In this document: in pieces, positions 38,560 through 53,745 of the stretch
How the letters are laid out: the number at the start of each line of letters is the position of its first letter
Position numbering within the stretch: position 1 is the first letter of the stretch
Source of the DNA: Nemertoderma westbladi
Taxonomy: Eukaryota > Animalia > Xenacoelomorpha
NCBI GenBank assembly: GCA_032718475.1
Contig: JAUCBJ010008330.1
Location: 1,768 to 65,767 of the forward strand
Length of the DNA: 64,000 bases
Direction of reading: 5' to 3'
Position numbers and translations under genes: made by a program
The notes under the pieces: generated by a model
Told to the model about the DNA's origin: nothing
Databases searched by the model: none
Seen by the model: only the letters and a program-made list of their open reading frames with translations

Positions 38560-39342
38560 CTTGCTATCACCAATAAAACTAGCTACCAACAATAAAACTA
38601 GCCACCAAGGAAAACACTAGCTACCTTCAAATACACAAGCTACCAACAATAATACTAGCTACCAAGGAAAACACTAGCTACCTTCAAATACACAAGCTAC
38701 CAACAATGATACTAGCTACCAAGGAAAACACTAGCTACCTTCAAATACACTAGCTACCAACAATAATAATAGCTACCAAGGAAAGCCCTAGCTACCTTCA
38801 ATTACACTAGCCACCAACAATAATACTAGCTACCAAGGAAAACCCTAGCTGCCTTCAATTACACTAGCTACCAAGAATAATACTAGCCACCAAGGAAAGC
38901 CCTAGCTACCTTCAATTACACTAGCTACCAACAATAATACTAGCTACCAAGGAAAACACTAGCTACCTTCAATTACACTAGCTACCAACAATAATACTAA
39001 CTACCAAGGAAAAGCCTTACCTTCAAATACACTTAAGCTATCAATAATAATACTAGCCACCAAGGAAAACCCTAGCTACCTTCAAATACACTAGCTACCA
39101 ACAATAATACTAGCTACCAAGGAAAACCCTAGCTACCTTCAAATACACTAGCTACCCACAATAATACTAGCTACCAAGGAAAACCCTAGCTACCTTCAAA
39201 TACACTAGCTACCAACAATAATACTAGCTACCAAGAAAAGCCCTAGCTACCTTCAAACACACTATCTACCAACAATAATACTAGCTACCAAGGAAAACCC
39301 TAGCTACCTTCAATTACACTAGCTACCAAGAATAATACTAGC
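38560..39342. repeat. 57-bp higher-order satellite (three 19-bp TAGCTACC monomers), left part
   Basis: Unit TAGCTACCAACAATAATAC-TAGCTACCAAGGAAAACCC-TAGCTACCTTCAAATACAC. Confidence 0.9.
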
Positions 39343-40479
39343 TGTTCGCGCTTTCAGACCTTTAGCAGTTTAACCTGCCAAATTAGGATGTCTTCTAGAT
39401 AATAGATAGTCTTTAGCCTACGACAAATATTTGATACACTACATTAGCCGAAACCAGTCCATGCGCGATCATTCACCCGCTGGATATACCCGGGAGACTG
39501 GATTCGGAAGCCTAATCGTATTGCGGGATAGACCTACTGTATTATTCGACTGATCGTAATATATATAATCTCTGACAATATTATTCACTTTCGGGAAATA
39601 TTAACAGTTCCTTTAGGACGTGGCGCTCTAAATATATAAACAGAGTTATGACTTAAACCAGACGCAACGGGATGGCTATAGATTCACGTATATGGCGCAT
39701 TCTTTAGGAGATGCTTCGTTATCAATCACAATCATACACAATACTGCACAATGCTGCACACTAATCTGCCGACCTTCACTAATTTTAGTCACATATAAGG
39801 AGAACAACAGACAATACGTGTAGGGCCTATAAAATAGCATTAGATTCACTTCAAACCACTTAATGTAAGTCGCAATCGTTATATGTATCCGGTCTCTCTA
39901 ACCTTTAGTATATCAAGAAGATTGGGGTGTCTGATTGTTTATCAGTATTCCAAATATAATGTTCCATCAACAAATATAATGAATAGCCGACAGCAAAAGC
40001 AGTAATGTTAAGGTATGAATGATTAAGTTATGGATAGATAACGGATATACGTTCTATAATTAAGCCTACTAATGTTAAGCTAAAGACTGAAACACGGAGG
40101 TTCCACGCCGGTGTTGTAGGCTGTGGAAAAATCACATACTGACTCACTTCCCTAGTTTCTATATACCATCTCCAACACAGAGGCAAAAAACGCTCTGATT
40201 GGTCGACCGAACAAAGAGAGAACAAAGAACAAAGAGATGTTCTACGTGGCAATATCAGCTGTTAGCCGTCGTCATGGTATCTACACTGTTTCAAGAGGAT
40301 CCGGCTTATTGCGTCATAGAATTGCTAATCATGTCCGCTAAAGTACACATACAGAAGAAATGGCTTTTATGTCCTCTAAAACAACAATACAGTAAGGACA
40401 CGGCCTTTTATGCCGGTTAAACCAACTACAGAGTACTTTACGGGGAACATAACCGGCTAATTACGCAAAAGCCTTTACA
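39343..40479 (-). repeat. 3' LTR of copy D
   Basis: Repeat of 54090-55226 with about 5 substitutions seen by eye; preceded on the - strand by GGGAGCGG as in C. Confidence 0.95.
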
Positions 40480-40557
40480 CCGCTCCCAGAAAATGCGATT
40501 TAAGTCTATAAAATATAACAAATCACAGTTTCTAAAATATAAAGATACTCTAAACAG

Positions 40558-42079
40558 TTAGTCTTTCTTACGCAGACGGCGTTTACGCAGTTTTTTGAGG
40601 CTAGCAAGAGTCCTTTTCTCTTTGGGGGGAGCCACTTTACTAGGAGGGCCATAACTCCTGGGTGAAGGGTGCAATATGATTGCATCAGAAGGTGTAGGAT
40701 TATGGTCGAGGTATCTGCCGTTTCGATATGCTTCTCCTTGAGCTGATTTTCCTCCGCTCGTAGCTGGATACGTTCATCCAAAAACTCTCGCAGAGAATAA
40801 GATCGTCCAAGTTCGATAACTTCTTAGAGATTCTGGATTTCCCGATCGAACTGAGATATAGTTACTTTGTTTACCGCTTGGACTTGCTAGTGCAATTTAC
40901 GTTTATCTGAACAAGCGTAAGTTCCTTTTCTGATCTTTGTAGAATAGCGTCTAACTCATTTGGTACAACGCTCTCCGCCACTTTGGTGACAGGTTATATC
41001 GTGTTAAGCCGGGACAATGGTAAGGGTTAAACAGCGATATTAAATGTCCGCGTCCCAATCCGGCTAGGTAGGATGGGCTAATATCTAGGAAGCCCACAAC
41101 CGGGGTGCCACCGACTAATTGTTCAGGTAACACTAGATCTTTGAGCAGTGAGTACAGCTCGGGAGGATCCGTCATACTAATAGGATCAAGAGTCTGAGGT
41201 CTCACTAGGGAATGAGGAGGTCTGATCGAGTATTCCGAAACTCTGATCATTGGTTTATTTAAGGATCGTCTGAGTCGAACGAGCGTAGGTGATACATCGA
41301 ACAAGTTTCGTTCGAAACTCCCGTAAATATAGCGAGTAAAACCGTGTTTAAAGCAACATCTCCGCGGATGTTTATGTCTTTCCGTTTGTTTGTTGGGTCT
41401 TGGGCATTCATCGCAATAATACCAAAAACGCACGTCTTGTAGGGGAAACGCGAGTGATCTTTCTCCAGCTTACAATATTCCTCCATCCGTTCGAAGCTAT
41501 CCGGTACAACAGGTAGCGATCGATCGGCGGTAAGATACATCATAGTGGGATAGAGCCGTTTGAGTTCTACCATGCGGTCATGATGTATACCTTGAGGATA
41601 TCGAGTTTCTAGATTCTGTTGACTGGTAATATCGAGATAGGTTTCTCTCAAGAATTCCAGGTATTTGGTGAAGTCGCTGCGTTTATCCGGCTCTTCGACA
41701 TCTTCACTTTCGAGTCGGTTTCGAATAGAATTTTCGTGTTCGAGTCTCAGTTTATCGTTCCGCTTCGGCTGGGTATGATATTTAAATAAACCATTTCCCT
41801 TTTGGTGTCTATATCGTTCGTATTGTGTAGGTCGATAGGATGACCAGTAGTTAAGAAGTCCATATACGTACCATTACGATGCGTATAGCGAGCGGTGAAT
41901 TTTCTACAGTCCAACCCACGCGCAAGTTGCTCCCGGGACATTGGCGGTTAGATATAACGACCATCGTCCTCCGTAGTAGTTGGACCAGCGTCGCCGCGTA
42001 TCAAGCTATCAACAAACGCTTGCAAAGGTAGAGTATATCGCTCCCTGATACCAAGATCATCTTCTATCAACTCAATCAT
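40558..42079 (-). pseudogene. ORF3 of copy D, decayed; ends homologous to ORF3 of C, middle unrelated
   Basis: ATG at 42079 (MIELIEDDLGIRERYTLPLQAFVDSLIRG); C-terminus DHNPTPSDAIILHPSPRSYGPP...KKLRKRRLRKKD then TAA at 40558-40560; internal stops and frameshifts. Confidence 0.72.
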
Positions 42080-43724
42080 ATCTGCTATATAAGTTTATCC
42101 ATATTATAATGAGTTTATATTTAGGCGAGCGGGCGTCGCTGCCTACCCCTCTCTGCCCCCGGTCAGTGCGAGATCCTCAGCGCTGGTGTACTTTCGCCGA
42201 TGTGCCTATCGCCAACGTCGTAGCTGCACAACGACTACAACAACCAGCACAAGTCACTCCACCGTCCGTCCCAAAGGCTTAGATATACTTCAGGTTCTTA
42301 CTGGAGAGTTAGGGCTACTTTCACAATTGCGACTCGCTACTGTAAACACACCTTAGTAGTAACATTCACCTACAAACGCACAAATTCCACGTAACTGTCA
42401 CAAATGGTACACATTCTATCACACATTTGGGTCATTTGTCCGTTAGTCAAGTGCCTTCCAGAATGTCACGTTGTTATTATGTATCCTTGGATACTAGCGG
42501 TGTGCTATTTATTCCGTATGCTATTCAATGCGCAAGCCCTTTATTGTTCTTTTAACTCACTTCTAATTCTAGCGTGGTTGTTGCCATGGTGACATTATGG
42601 AAAGCTAGCGGTAGAATTAGGGTAATTCTCATGCATACAGATCTGGGATGCTATTTAATAGTAATTCTTTAATTGTCAATATCCTCTCTATATATGATTT
42701 TATGAATTTTATCGGCTATTGACTATATAGTGGAGATTCTCGCACACAAATACACCCAACAGAGTGAATCTCCGCTCCCATGATCTATTAATTAATGGAA
42801 TTTTGGGAATATTATAAATTGTATAAAATGACAATTTATTAAATTCATTGAAATAATATGAATTTAAATTTATTCCCGTAAATTTTATTATTTAATGTTA
42901 AATAGACGTAATTTTATTCCAGAACGTGTCTGGGGACTGGGATCCTTGATTCTAGGAATTTTGTCTTTTTAAGAGTATCGGTAAGTGCTACGATATCTTA
43001 ATCGACTAGAATGTTAAAGGATCTAAAATTTGACAGATTTTGTAAATATTAATAATTAATATTTAGGATGGGCACCAGTTTATTCCAGAACTTGTCTGGG
43101 GACGTAACCACTGATTCTAGAATTTTGTCTTTCAAGTATATCGGTGGGTGCCGCGATATCTTAATCGACTAGAATTGCAGATGGTCAAAGGGTTTAACAG
43201 ATTTATTTTGCGTTATACGCTACTGTTAAAGGGACATCACGCTACTATATGTATTATTTAATATACGGTATGAGAGCAATATCGCACGAAGCAATGTCAG
43301 TGTGAAGAGGCAAGTCGTTTCCAAGGTCTACCCAGAGCTTGGTTTAGCCGAGACACGAGGATCTGAACTTTGCATTCCTAATACTCTGCCTACCAATAAT
43401 ACTTAAATATAGTAGTGGCTTTATTGTACTTTAATAAGTACGGACATTTCATCTTACTGTAGTTACGTATTCGTAATGTAATACGGGCAGTAAGGAAAGA
43501 GAAAAAGAATTATTTCTCGCCGTCGCACTAAATATATAATATGTAAGTAATTAAGTAATAAACGCGAATATATATTGCACTAATCTACTAAATAATCGCT
43601 AAAATAACATTCTACTAAATAAAATTAAAGAAAATGATTATAATAAAATTACATAATAATATATACATAAATATAAAAGAATAAAACAAATACAAATATA
43701 GTCATACACCCACTCCAGCCGTTG

Positions 43725-46700
43725 TTAAGTTGGGGAGTCCCTAGATGTTTGTTGGATTAGGGAGGTGGTCGTGGGAAGAGTATCTTGCCTCCCATAGTTT
43801 CCGGAGAGTTCTCTGTCTCTTTCCAGTAAACATAAGCGACCAACTGGGCGATTGAGCTGCTGCGTCTCGAAGACAATTCCCAGTTTCTTGAAGTTACGTC
43901 GCATGACGACGAGTTCTACCGATCGCACCAAACCGTCATCCGAGATGTGAGTCTCGATGATACGACCTGTCTGCCACCGCTTACGTGGAAGATCTACATC
44001 CACAATAAGAACCATGTCTCCAGCGCTGACATTTTCTTGCTGCGCAAACCACTTAGTACGAAGTTGTAGCGTGGGCAGATAATGTTTTTCAAAATGATCA
44101 GCGAAACGACGGGATAACAACTGCATGAGTTGCCAAGTTTGCCGGCATTATTCGTCTCCGTCTGTGATTTCCGATTGTGGGAGCATGGCTACAGGTTTCT
44201 TTAGTAGGAAATGCGCGGGTGTTAGCGCTTCCAGGGAATCGGGACTCGATGAGACTGGCATAAGCGGTCTCTCGTTGAGATAGGCGGCGATTTCCTCCAT
44301 TAACGTCCGCAAAAGTTCGTCGGTGAGATACGCGCGGCAAGGCACTATAAAGTGAAATGCTGTCTTCACACTTCTTATTAATCTCTCCCAACTTCCTCCC
44401 CACCAAGGGGCGTCGGCGGCGTTGAAGGTCCAGCTAGACGCTGTTACTCGTAGCTGATCGTCCACCTGTCTTTGGTTCCAATCTTTGACGTAAGCTTTGA
44501 TTTCATTGTTGGCACCAATGAAGTTTGTTCCCTTATCAGATCTCATCGTGTTACTAGTGCCAAAGCGAGCGATCTGTCGTCGTAAACTTAATAGAAAGCT
44601 GTTGGTAGATAAATCGTTCACCATGTCGAGATGGATAGCCCTACAAGTCATACAAACAAAGATGACACACCATCTCTTGACTATAGTCCTAGCACGATAT
44701 ACTTCAATAGGGCCAAATAAATCCACACCGGTATTAGTAAAGGGTGGTTCATAGAAGCTTACTCGTTCCCTAGGTAATTCTGCCTCTCGCTGTGTTAAAG
44801 GCCTACTGAATGCTTTCCTACAGGGTATGCAGTTCCTAAGAACTTGGTTCAGAGCTCTACGGGGTTTATAAAAATAATAGCGAGTTCGAATTTCGCTAAG
44901 AACTCGTTCCCTACCAGCATGATAAAGTTTGCTGTGAACGTCTACAATCATCTTGACTTGTATTTCAAGATTTCTAATGAGTATGGGAAACTTAGTGTCA
45001 AAGGATAGTGGAGCATTCGTTAATCTTCCTCCAACACGTATCAACCCATCTATCATTGTGCTAGAGAAACGATCCCTTAAGCGCATCTGTGGATTTCTCA
45101 ACAACAGGAAATACTTATCGGAATCCTCATAGCATTGCAGGAGTCTCGGCATCTGCTTGTTGGTTTCTTCATGCTCCTGATAACTAATCTTCTCCTTCAG
45201 AAACCTGTCGGGTATCTTATATTTGGGAAGATCTTTAATAACATGGACCTGCACTGATGTTATTGGAGCGGTATCACTTTTGGTCTTCATCCCGGAGTAG
45301 TGATGGTGAAAACATCTCTTTAAATATGTAACGGCCTTACAGAGCCGATTCCAGGAACTGTAGTGATGTATCGCTCTCTGCAGAAGAGGTGAGAGTCCTT
45401 GCGAGACGTCTGGTATTCCAGATTTCCAATCCTTCTCACGGATTTCCACAACAAGTTTATTGGTGGCTGTGGGTTTCTGATCCAAAGCGTCGTCTCTGGA
45501 AATATGTAGTACAGACAGATCTACCATGGGTTTGAATAACTTCGATTTACTCGCCCGAGTTTTAGGTTTGACTTTCTCCACTCCCTTGGCCTGTCTAATC
45601 TCTGCTGTAGTAAGATGAGGAGGCCATTCTTCTTCTTCTTTGTAGAGGAAGTCGGGTCCACCTAGCCAGTCTGGAGTATCTACCAGTTCTTGTGGAGTTG
45701 CTCCCCTGGAGGCGATGTCTGCTGGATTAATCGTTCCGGGGCAATGTCTCCGTTGATCCATCGTTGTGCGACTGAGTATAATGGCTACTCTGTTGGTAAC
45801 GAAGACGCTGAACTGACAGACTTCATTGGTTATATACTCCAACACGAGTAAAGCGTCGGTCCAATAGACAGTTTTCTCCAGGGGATAGTCGATCTGTTCT
45901 GTTACATTCCGGCCGATGGCTGTAGCGTATAGAGCCGCTTTTAACTCCGCTCGAGGAACTTTCAACTTATTGTTTATCAATGCCTTAGAAGTAACCAAGG
46001 CGACTTTGATTCCGTCCGGAGTTTCCACCCTTAGGTAGGCTACTATACCTATTCCCATATCGCTGGCGTCTCCAAATACATGGAGTTGATAGGAATACGT
46101 AGGGAGAACATGACCAAAATATGAACGGGAAATTATAAAGTTCTCGATGGCTGGTAGAGAATCTTCCCATTTCATCCACTTCTTTAATAATTCTCCCTTA
46201 AGTGGATCGTCCCATGAGTGGTTTTCAAGCCACATTTGTTGTACTAAACTCCGAGCAATCAATATAACTGGGCTAATAAATCCCAATGGATCGAAATAAG
46301 TGCTCAGGATACTTAAACAAATCCGTTTAGTCCGAACTGGATTATCTCGCTGTTTTAGTTGGAAAAACAGGATATCTCTTTCGGTGTCCCATTTCAAACC
46401 AAGGGTCTTAGTTTCTGGGAGATCATCCTTTATTAGATCCAGGTCTTTTGCTCCTCGATCTTCTACCGGGATCGACTCCAGAAACTCACGGGAGTTGCTG
46501 GTGAATTTAGTTAATCGAAATCCACCTCTTTTTAAGCACTCTACCGTTCCTTTAGCGACATCGATGGCTTCTTCGACTGATGGAAGGGACTTTAGATTGT
46601 CGTCCATGTATATATCCCGCTTAATGTTGTCAATCACCTCTTTAGAGAAGGCGTCTCGGTTGTCATCCGCAGTGGTGCGCACCACGGAACAGGCGTTTGA

Positions 46701-49700
46701 AGGGCTCGAGATTATCCCAAAAGCCTGGATGGTCATCCAGTACTCCACCGGTTTCTGATTGAGGTCTCCTTCAGGCCACCACAGAAATCGTAGGCAGTCT
46801 CGATCCCTATCCAGCGCTTTGACTTGTAAGAACATGCCTTCTATATCTGAGGCGAAAGCAATGGAATATTGTCTTAATCTTAAAAGTATTCCCAACAATG
46901 ATTGGAGTAAGTTGGGTCCGGGTAGCAATTCAGAATTAAGGGATTGGCCCATATAGAGGGCGGAGCCGTCAAACACCACTCGTACCTCATGTGGTTTACC
47001 GGGTTTGGGAACGTAATGGTGAGTTAAATAATACGTTCTCTCAGTTATAGGTGTTTCTTCCGGTACTAGCTCCGCATATCCCTTGCTAATAAACTTCTTC
47101 AACTGCGTTTGATACATTTCTTTAGCTGAAGAATTTGCCGTAAGGCGTCGATGTAGTTGAGCAATTCTTTTCTCCGCCAAGGGTCTGTTGTTTACGAACT
47201 TTGGTTCTCGCTTTCGGAAAGGTAGACCGATCTCATATCTACCTTGATCTTTAAGAAAACGTGTAGTTGTCTCTTGGATCTGCTTGGCTATTTCTTCCTC
47301 TACCGATATGGGCCTTATCGTAGGAATTGGGCTCTACAGCCTCTTGAGTAAAGAATCGTACGGCATGTTCATCCCGAGTCTTGGCATTATATCGTTCAAT
47401 GACGTCATTAAGTTCGTCGTTATAGTCGTCTCGTTCTGATGGAAGAAGGAGCTGACATAAGTTCACTTGGTTTTGCCAAGTCTCGTTTTCCTTAAGGAGA
47501 TCGATGGTATTCTCCTCATCGAAAAGTTGGTGGACATCGTCATTATCTGAGGAGTATGGTGTTCCCTCAGTTAGATCATCTAACTCACTGCCCTCGACTT
47601 CCCATTCTCTCACTTGACATACCTGGTCTTTCGGTAATCTTTCCATGAGAGTTCTACGGGAAGGGCCAGTAAAGTACCAACCCACTCTAGTTCTTCCCGC
47701 ATAAGCTTGTAGTGGTCGCGGTTGAGCGGGCCGTTTCTCCAATGTCTCGAGCGCTTCATGCGCGTTTTGACCGATGAGTATTTGCACTCCAGGGTAATCG
47801 ATGTTGAATCTAGGTATTTCCAGCTGCTGGGTGAAATCGTCCTCATCCCAGTTATAAGGTTCTACTTGAGTGGTAGCGAAGTTCTTTATCGCCACCATTT
47901 TTACTGACCTTATGCTATGTTCTCCTAGTTCATCCTGGGGGGTGGACAACGCTCCTACATAATAATCCGCGATTACTGTAGATTTCCAAACCTGCATAAT
48001 TCCTGACATGTTTAGCTTAGTTCGGAACTTGGGTTGTCCAGCAAAGATGTCTTCGGCTAGTTCTTTGTCGATGAATGTTCCTGTACTACCGGAGTCAAGG
48101 AGGGCGTTCACTACATAACTCCTTTTAGGTCCGTGGACCCTTACCTGTACTACAGGAAATTCTCGGATTCCTACATTGGAAGATGGCGCTTTCCAAGATG
48201 GTTGTCGATCAGAAGTAGTTAGGGTGAGGTCGCTGTCTGTATCTTTTTCATACGTGAGTGCTCGATACACTGCGGTATTTATCATGTAACAGGATTCGTT
48301 TTCGTCGGAGAACTCGTCCGTATAGAATCCTTCCATCTCAGATTGATCAGTGTCGTTCACATCACTGAATTGGACATGTAGTTCGGAATCACTTACCTGA
48401 CTCGGACTATTTCGCTCGAATTCAGTGTGCAACAAGATATGATGTTTCGCACCGCACTTTGCACACCTTGTGTCGGAGTAACAGGTTCGCCGTTGGTGTC
48501 CTTGTCTGAGGCAATTATAACACAACCGCTTATCCCACATGACTTCCCGTCTCTCCGCTAATGATTTCTTCAGGAATTCATCACACATATTTAAACGGTG
48601 AGTCCCGTCACATAGCGCACATTTCGGTTTGATGTTACTTACCTTATTTTGAATAACATTGTGCACACTCGTTCTTTCTTCGGGCTTTCTCACCTGAATT
48701 ATCTTGGGAGACGTAGGAGGAGTTTTTCTTACCTGTTCTCTCCTGTCATTGGTTCGAGACTTGAATTTACTTACCGGTTCTTTAGGCGTTTTATTGACAT
48801 AATAAGATCTTTCAGTGTCTTTCCCGCTATCCTCTCCTTGAGAAGTCTGGCTTTCGCCGTCGTCTGTATAACACACTGGTGTTACCTTTCTCCTAGAGAC
48901 GGGTTTCTCACTTACCTTGTTTTCCGGTGTCTTCTCTCTGGACTGCTTTATGAGCTGTAATTTCACTTCGCCATCCAAGAATGACATGAGATCAGCCATG
49001 GTAGGGTCTCGTTGTTGTTGTTCCATCATATATAACACTTTCTTGTCCCAGCGTGTACCTACTCCACCCTTCGGTAAAGTAGAAGCCACTGCTCTAATAA
49101 CCATAGCACTCTGATATTCATGAGACTTACCTAGCCAATCTAATTGTCTGCAGATCTCCTGAATCTCATCGTAAAACTCTATAATCCCGCTGCTAATAAA
49201 CTTTCGGGGCACTACCAACTTTGCATACAAATACCCAGCTATGTTATTCCTATTACCATACCTGATGTTTAGTGTATCCCAAACTTGTCTTAATCCGTCT
49301 GGATGTCCAATAAACTTTAACGCCATTAGCTTGGGAGATCCTTCCAAGCACTCGATGAGGAATCTAAGTTTCTCTCCATTAGATAGTACAGAGTTCTGTA
49401 TGTTATCTTTGTAATATTCATTAAAAGGTAACCATTTCATCTCATCTCCATTGAACTTGACGATCTCTCCCACCTTTACCGCTTGCCGGGCTTCGGTTCT
49501 AGCCATTTGACGCGTAAAACTTTCTTGGGCCATCGTGTTATTCAATATCGAGTTATCGGTATATAAATTTCTCGGATTATGATCAGGTCTATAGGGAATA
49601 TCATTATCAACAGGTCTATAATTACCCTTAATAGGGTTCACTATAGGAGTTTCTACTTCGCTAGCAGTATATATGCGTGTAGGCTCCACACCTTGCGCAT

Positions 49701-51945
49701 GAGATACTTCAGACCTAACAGGTTGACACATTGTTACCGGGGGTGGTGGTATACCCTTTTGTAAATTTACTAATTTATCGCGTTCTAGCGCGATACTTTG
49801 CTGCACTTCTTGCAACTCTAACCTACTTTCCTTTACGGTTCCCTTTAACTGTTGAACAGTCCCTTCTAACTCTCGGACCTGTTGGGAGGAGCGCACTCGA
49901 TTCTCCTCCATCTTTCCGAGGAGAATATCCATCCCCCGCCGTCTCTCGTCTACCCAATCAACCGCCGAAGCGGGATCCGCCAACGACGTAGCGGGCAGAC
50001 GAGGGACTACGGGCGATATATCCTTTATATTTCGCTCGGAGTCCAGGACCGACACTGTTTCAGGGGCTGTTCCTATAGGCACAGATAATTTGGTGCTGTG
50101 TAAAGGGAATTTAAAGGTAGGTTCTGGGAGTACAGGTGTCTCTATCACCGAAGGGGTGATTTCAAGAACAGGCCTAATTATTTCAGGCTCATCTACTATA
50201 GTAGGGAGTCTTTCTATTTTAATTATTTGGTCTGTGGGTTCTGTACTACCTAAGTTTGTGTTATTTAGTTGCCTTCTAACAGCTAGAGGCAAATCAGGCA
50301 ATTTCTGATGGTGGGACATTCTTTTACGTCTACTTAGACGAGATCTATTTCCTCCGCCTTCAGGATCGGTGGTATCGCCTTCCTCAGATGATGTATAACC
50401 TTGTCTTTTGGGAGTAGATCGATTCATCATCTGCATATTACTAGCTGTTAACTGTTTATTAAAGTTATCTTGCCTCTCTTGAAGATTTTCCAATTCTAGT
50501 TGGGCAGTCTCTTCAGACGCCTTTCGTTCTGCTTCTGCCACTGCAGCTGCCAAAGCCGCTTTTCTTTCTGCTTCTGCCACTGCAGCTGCCAAGGCCGCTT
50601 TTCTTTCTACCTCTGCCACTGCAGCCTTTCTTTCTGCTTCTGCCACTGCTGCTGCCGCTGCTTTTCTTTCTGCTTCTGCCACTGCAGCTGCCAAGGCCGC
50701 TTTTCTTTCTGCCTCTGCCACTGCCGCTTTTCTTTCTGCTTCTGCCACTGCTGCTGCCGCTGCTGCTATCTTTCTGTCTTCTATACGTTTTTTCTTTACT
50801 TGTTCTTCTTGAACCTTAGTGAGGCGGATGCTTTCATCAAATTTAGCTTGGTTCGCAGCTCTCATATCCACATCGATGGCGTCCAACACACGCTGGGCTG
50901 CTTCACTATTAGGGCTAAGTCCCTCTAGCCTTCTCCTCAGCTCTTCATCACCTACAAAACGTTGATAGTCCGACAGATAGATATCAATAGCATCCCTCTT
51001 ATGCGGTTTCTCTGCCGTCGCTTCACTCTCCACTTGGGAAAATGTAGCATCTGTTGATTCTCCATGGGTTGAGCGCTCATCTAGCTGGGCTTTCCACTGA
51101 GCCGTTCCTTGAACCTGGAGACTCACCCTTTGAAACCAAGTCTTTACAGCAACTTGCAACGACGTGTCTTGTCTTCTTTTAGAAGCCTCCTCAAAGGCTG
51201 ATAAGATTAGCCTGATTCGTAGAATTCTTTCTCTAACTTGATAAAGCAGTTGTCCCTGCTCTTGAGGTCCTTGGGGTTGTTGAAACAGTTGTTTTTCTAC
51301 TCGCTCCATAGAGCTTACGAATCCCTGTACTTATCCGGCTGCGGACCTCTTCCACACAGCTGGATCGACGGTTTCCTTGGTTACTCCCATCCTGTGTATA
51401 TCTTCCCAGGCAGCTTCTGATAAATCAAACGGGAGTCCGGGTCCGGGGAAGTTCCATTGCGACTCGACAATAGACTTCAGTTCTTCCCTTGTATATCCCG
51501 CATAACTATCTTTAGTCGATCGCTTAATTCTCGCCCAATCTATCTGGTGTTCTTCCACCGCAATCAATAACCTAGTGAGTATGGCTGCAGGAAGGATGAG
51601 AAGGGGATCCGAATAAACCGCATTCGTCATCTTTGCTCCGCGCTCGGGTGTCAGCTCTACAGTATCCTCACTACTGGAGCTGTCGGGCCGTTGAGAAATA
51701 AGTTCTTGGCTCGCGGGTTGTTGTTGTTCCGCTGCTTCTTGGTCCCGCTTGACCTGAGCTCGAGTGCCTATGATAGACCTACGGTGTTGGACCAGCCTAG
51801 GTTCTGATATTACTACTGGGGGAATGATCTTTCTTACAGTAGGAGGTGAGTTGAACTTCGGTCCTACACGTTCCACACTCCTGTCTGGGTCACATATGGT
51901 TGTATCTAGGAGACTGTCTGACAGGTTTTGCTTTGTGTCAGACAT
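43725..51945 (-). pseudogene. BEL Gag-Pol polyprotein of copy D (about 2740 aa reconstructed)
   Basis: Fused Gag-PR in ORF 47251-51309 and RT-RH-IN in 44148-47180. Three lesions seen: TAA at 51331-51333, a +1 insertion near 47309 and TAA at 44148-44150. Confidence 0.95.
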
Positions 51946-53207
51946 GTTGGTTTGTACAGTTGAATGCCTACTGCTATATTACAGTTTAAGCAAGTCTAGT
52001 AATTCAGTATCACTGTTAGCCTAGTAATTAATTACCGATACTGCTACTCAGTGTAGCGTGATATCTATATAATATATTAGAATACCGGTATGCTTATAGT
52101 ATATATATAAGTATTATTACAGACTAGAATTAATTACAGAATACCGGTATAATTTCAGCCTAAATTTATAGAAATAAATATAATAAGCCTATGGTAAATA
52201 CCGGTATGTCAATTATTTTAAATAATTGAATTTCTGAATTTTAAGGGTTACTTGGTTACTTTAACTTACTTTATTACCGTTATTTGAGCAGTAGTCCAAC
52301 TGATATTGAGACCTAATTGTTGTATGGCAGGCCTACTTATTTATAAATCGTTTGAGTTGATTTATAATATATATATATACCCGTTTAATGGGTTTTGTCA
52401 ATATTTGAAATAAATGTTATTATTTCTGGGGGAGCCACTACACAGAAGCTGTGCGCTCTCAGTGGAGTGCTACTTGTTGGACACTAAAACAAATAATTCT
52501 AATTTACCTAAGTTACTTAATACTATAAATTACGTACAATTCGGGTTGAGATTACAATCTCTAAATAAACACAAAAAAATTACAAATACACAAATACGAA
52601 TTTTTTAGGGTAATTTTACAAGAAGTCTACTAACCAGCCTAACAAAGGGTTAGAATATCTGGTTATTACAACGGACAGAGTACTACGGTATTTGAAAATA
52701 ATAAGTAGTAGAAAATATACTGCGTTGTCCAGATAGAAAAATACCACCGTCTGACGACTTATAGCCGTATCCCTATAAGTACTACGTTATGTATCACGGA
52801 GTGTTCCTACCTAGAAGTTAATTACCGCGGTCTACCAGAACCAACGTGCCTATTAACCACTTTACAACACAAATATACTGCTTACACACTAATCACCTTC
52901 GGAAAGCACTGTACACTAAACCTTAAATTAGGTACTAGTACTTGTACAACAAATAATCAGTAGTTAAAAATACTTGAACAGCTAAAAGAACCACGGTATC
53001 TGCCGGAGTGACCAAAGCACAAAATCTCCAGTCTTTACCTACGCCGAGCAGCCCTGATGTAGTACCGGGGTTAGTTTAACTGTAACGGTATATATAACAA
53101 GCACAATTACTATAGGAATAAACTTGGGGATATGAATGTTGCGAATAATCGCATAAACTCTGAATAATAAATATTACGCTACGCGCACAGACTACTCAAA
53201 CAAAATG

Positions 53208-53745
53208 CAGACCAAATACTGACAGACTACTATCAAGCCTAAACAAACTACGGTATATGCAGACTCCGAAATGGTTAGTTAGTATGCGTTCTAACCTAGT
53301 AGTACGACTTATTCTTTCAGAGGGGGTTTACCTCACAGCACTGGAAGCCCCTACGTTCCCAACTGGCACTTTATCGGACATACACTCTACACACACCGAA
53401 ATTTCCTCAGACCTAAGAACAGCCAGACAACTATCCAGCCTACAAATTATCTAAATAAGAATTATACGCTACCTGTACAGACTACACAAACAAAGTACAG
53501 ACCAAACGATGGCAGACTACTATCAAGCCTAAATAAACTACAGTATATGCAGACTCCGAAATGATTAGTTAGTATGCGTTCTAACCTAGTAGTACGACTT
53601 ATTCTTTCAAAGGGGGTTTACCTCACAGCACTTGAAGCCCCTACGTTCCTAACTAGCACTTTATCGGACAGATGCTCTACACACACTGCAATCCGTTCAG
53701 ACTTAACAACAGTTAGACAACAGTCCAGCCTACAAATTATCTGTA
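53208..53745. repeat. Direct duplication (period about 290 bp) in the leader of copy D
   Basis: CAGACCAAA...CAGACTACTATCAAGCCTAAA...CCAGCCTACAAATTATCT at about 53208 and 53498. Confidence 0.8.

Noticed and set aside
38560-39342. CRISPR-like array (constant TAGCTACC with variable spacers)
   Set aside because: The spacers are 11 nt and cycle through three types; eukaryotic context and no cas genes. It is a satellite.
40028-40420. Short ORFs duplicated in the LTR pairs (also 15630-15830, 16528-16752)
   Set aside because: They recur only because LTRs are duplicated and are not conserved between LTR subfamilies.
50500-50928. Cys-rich metallothionein-like ORFs (also 9488-9757)
   Set aside because: Antisense translations of the Gag AEAERKA repeat.
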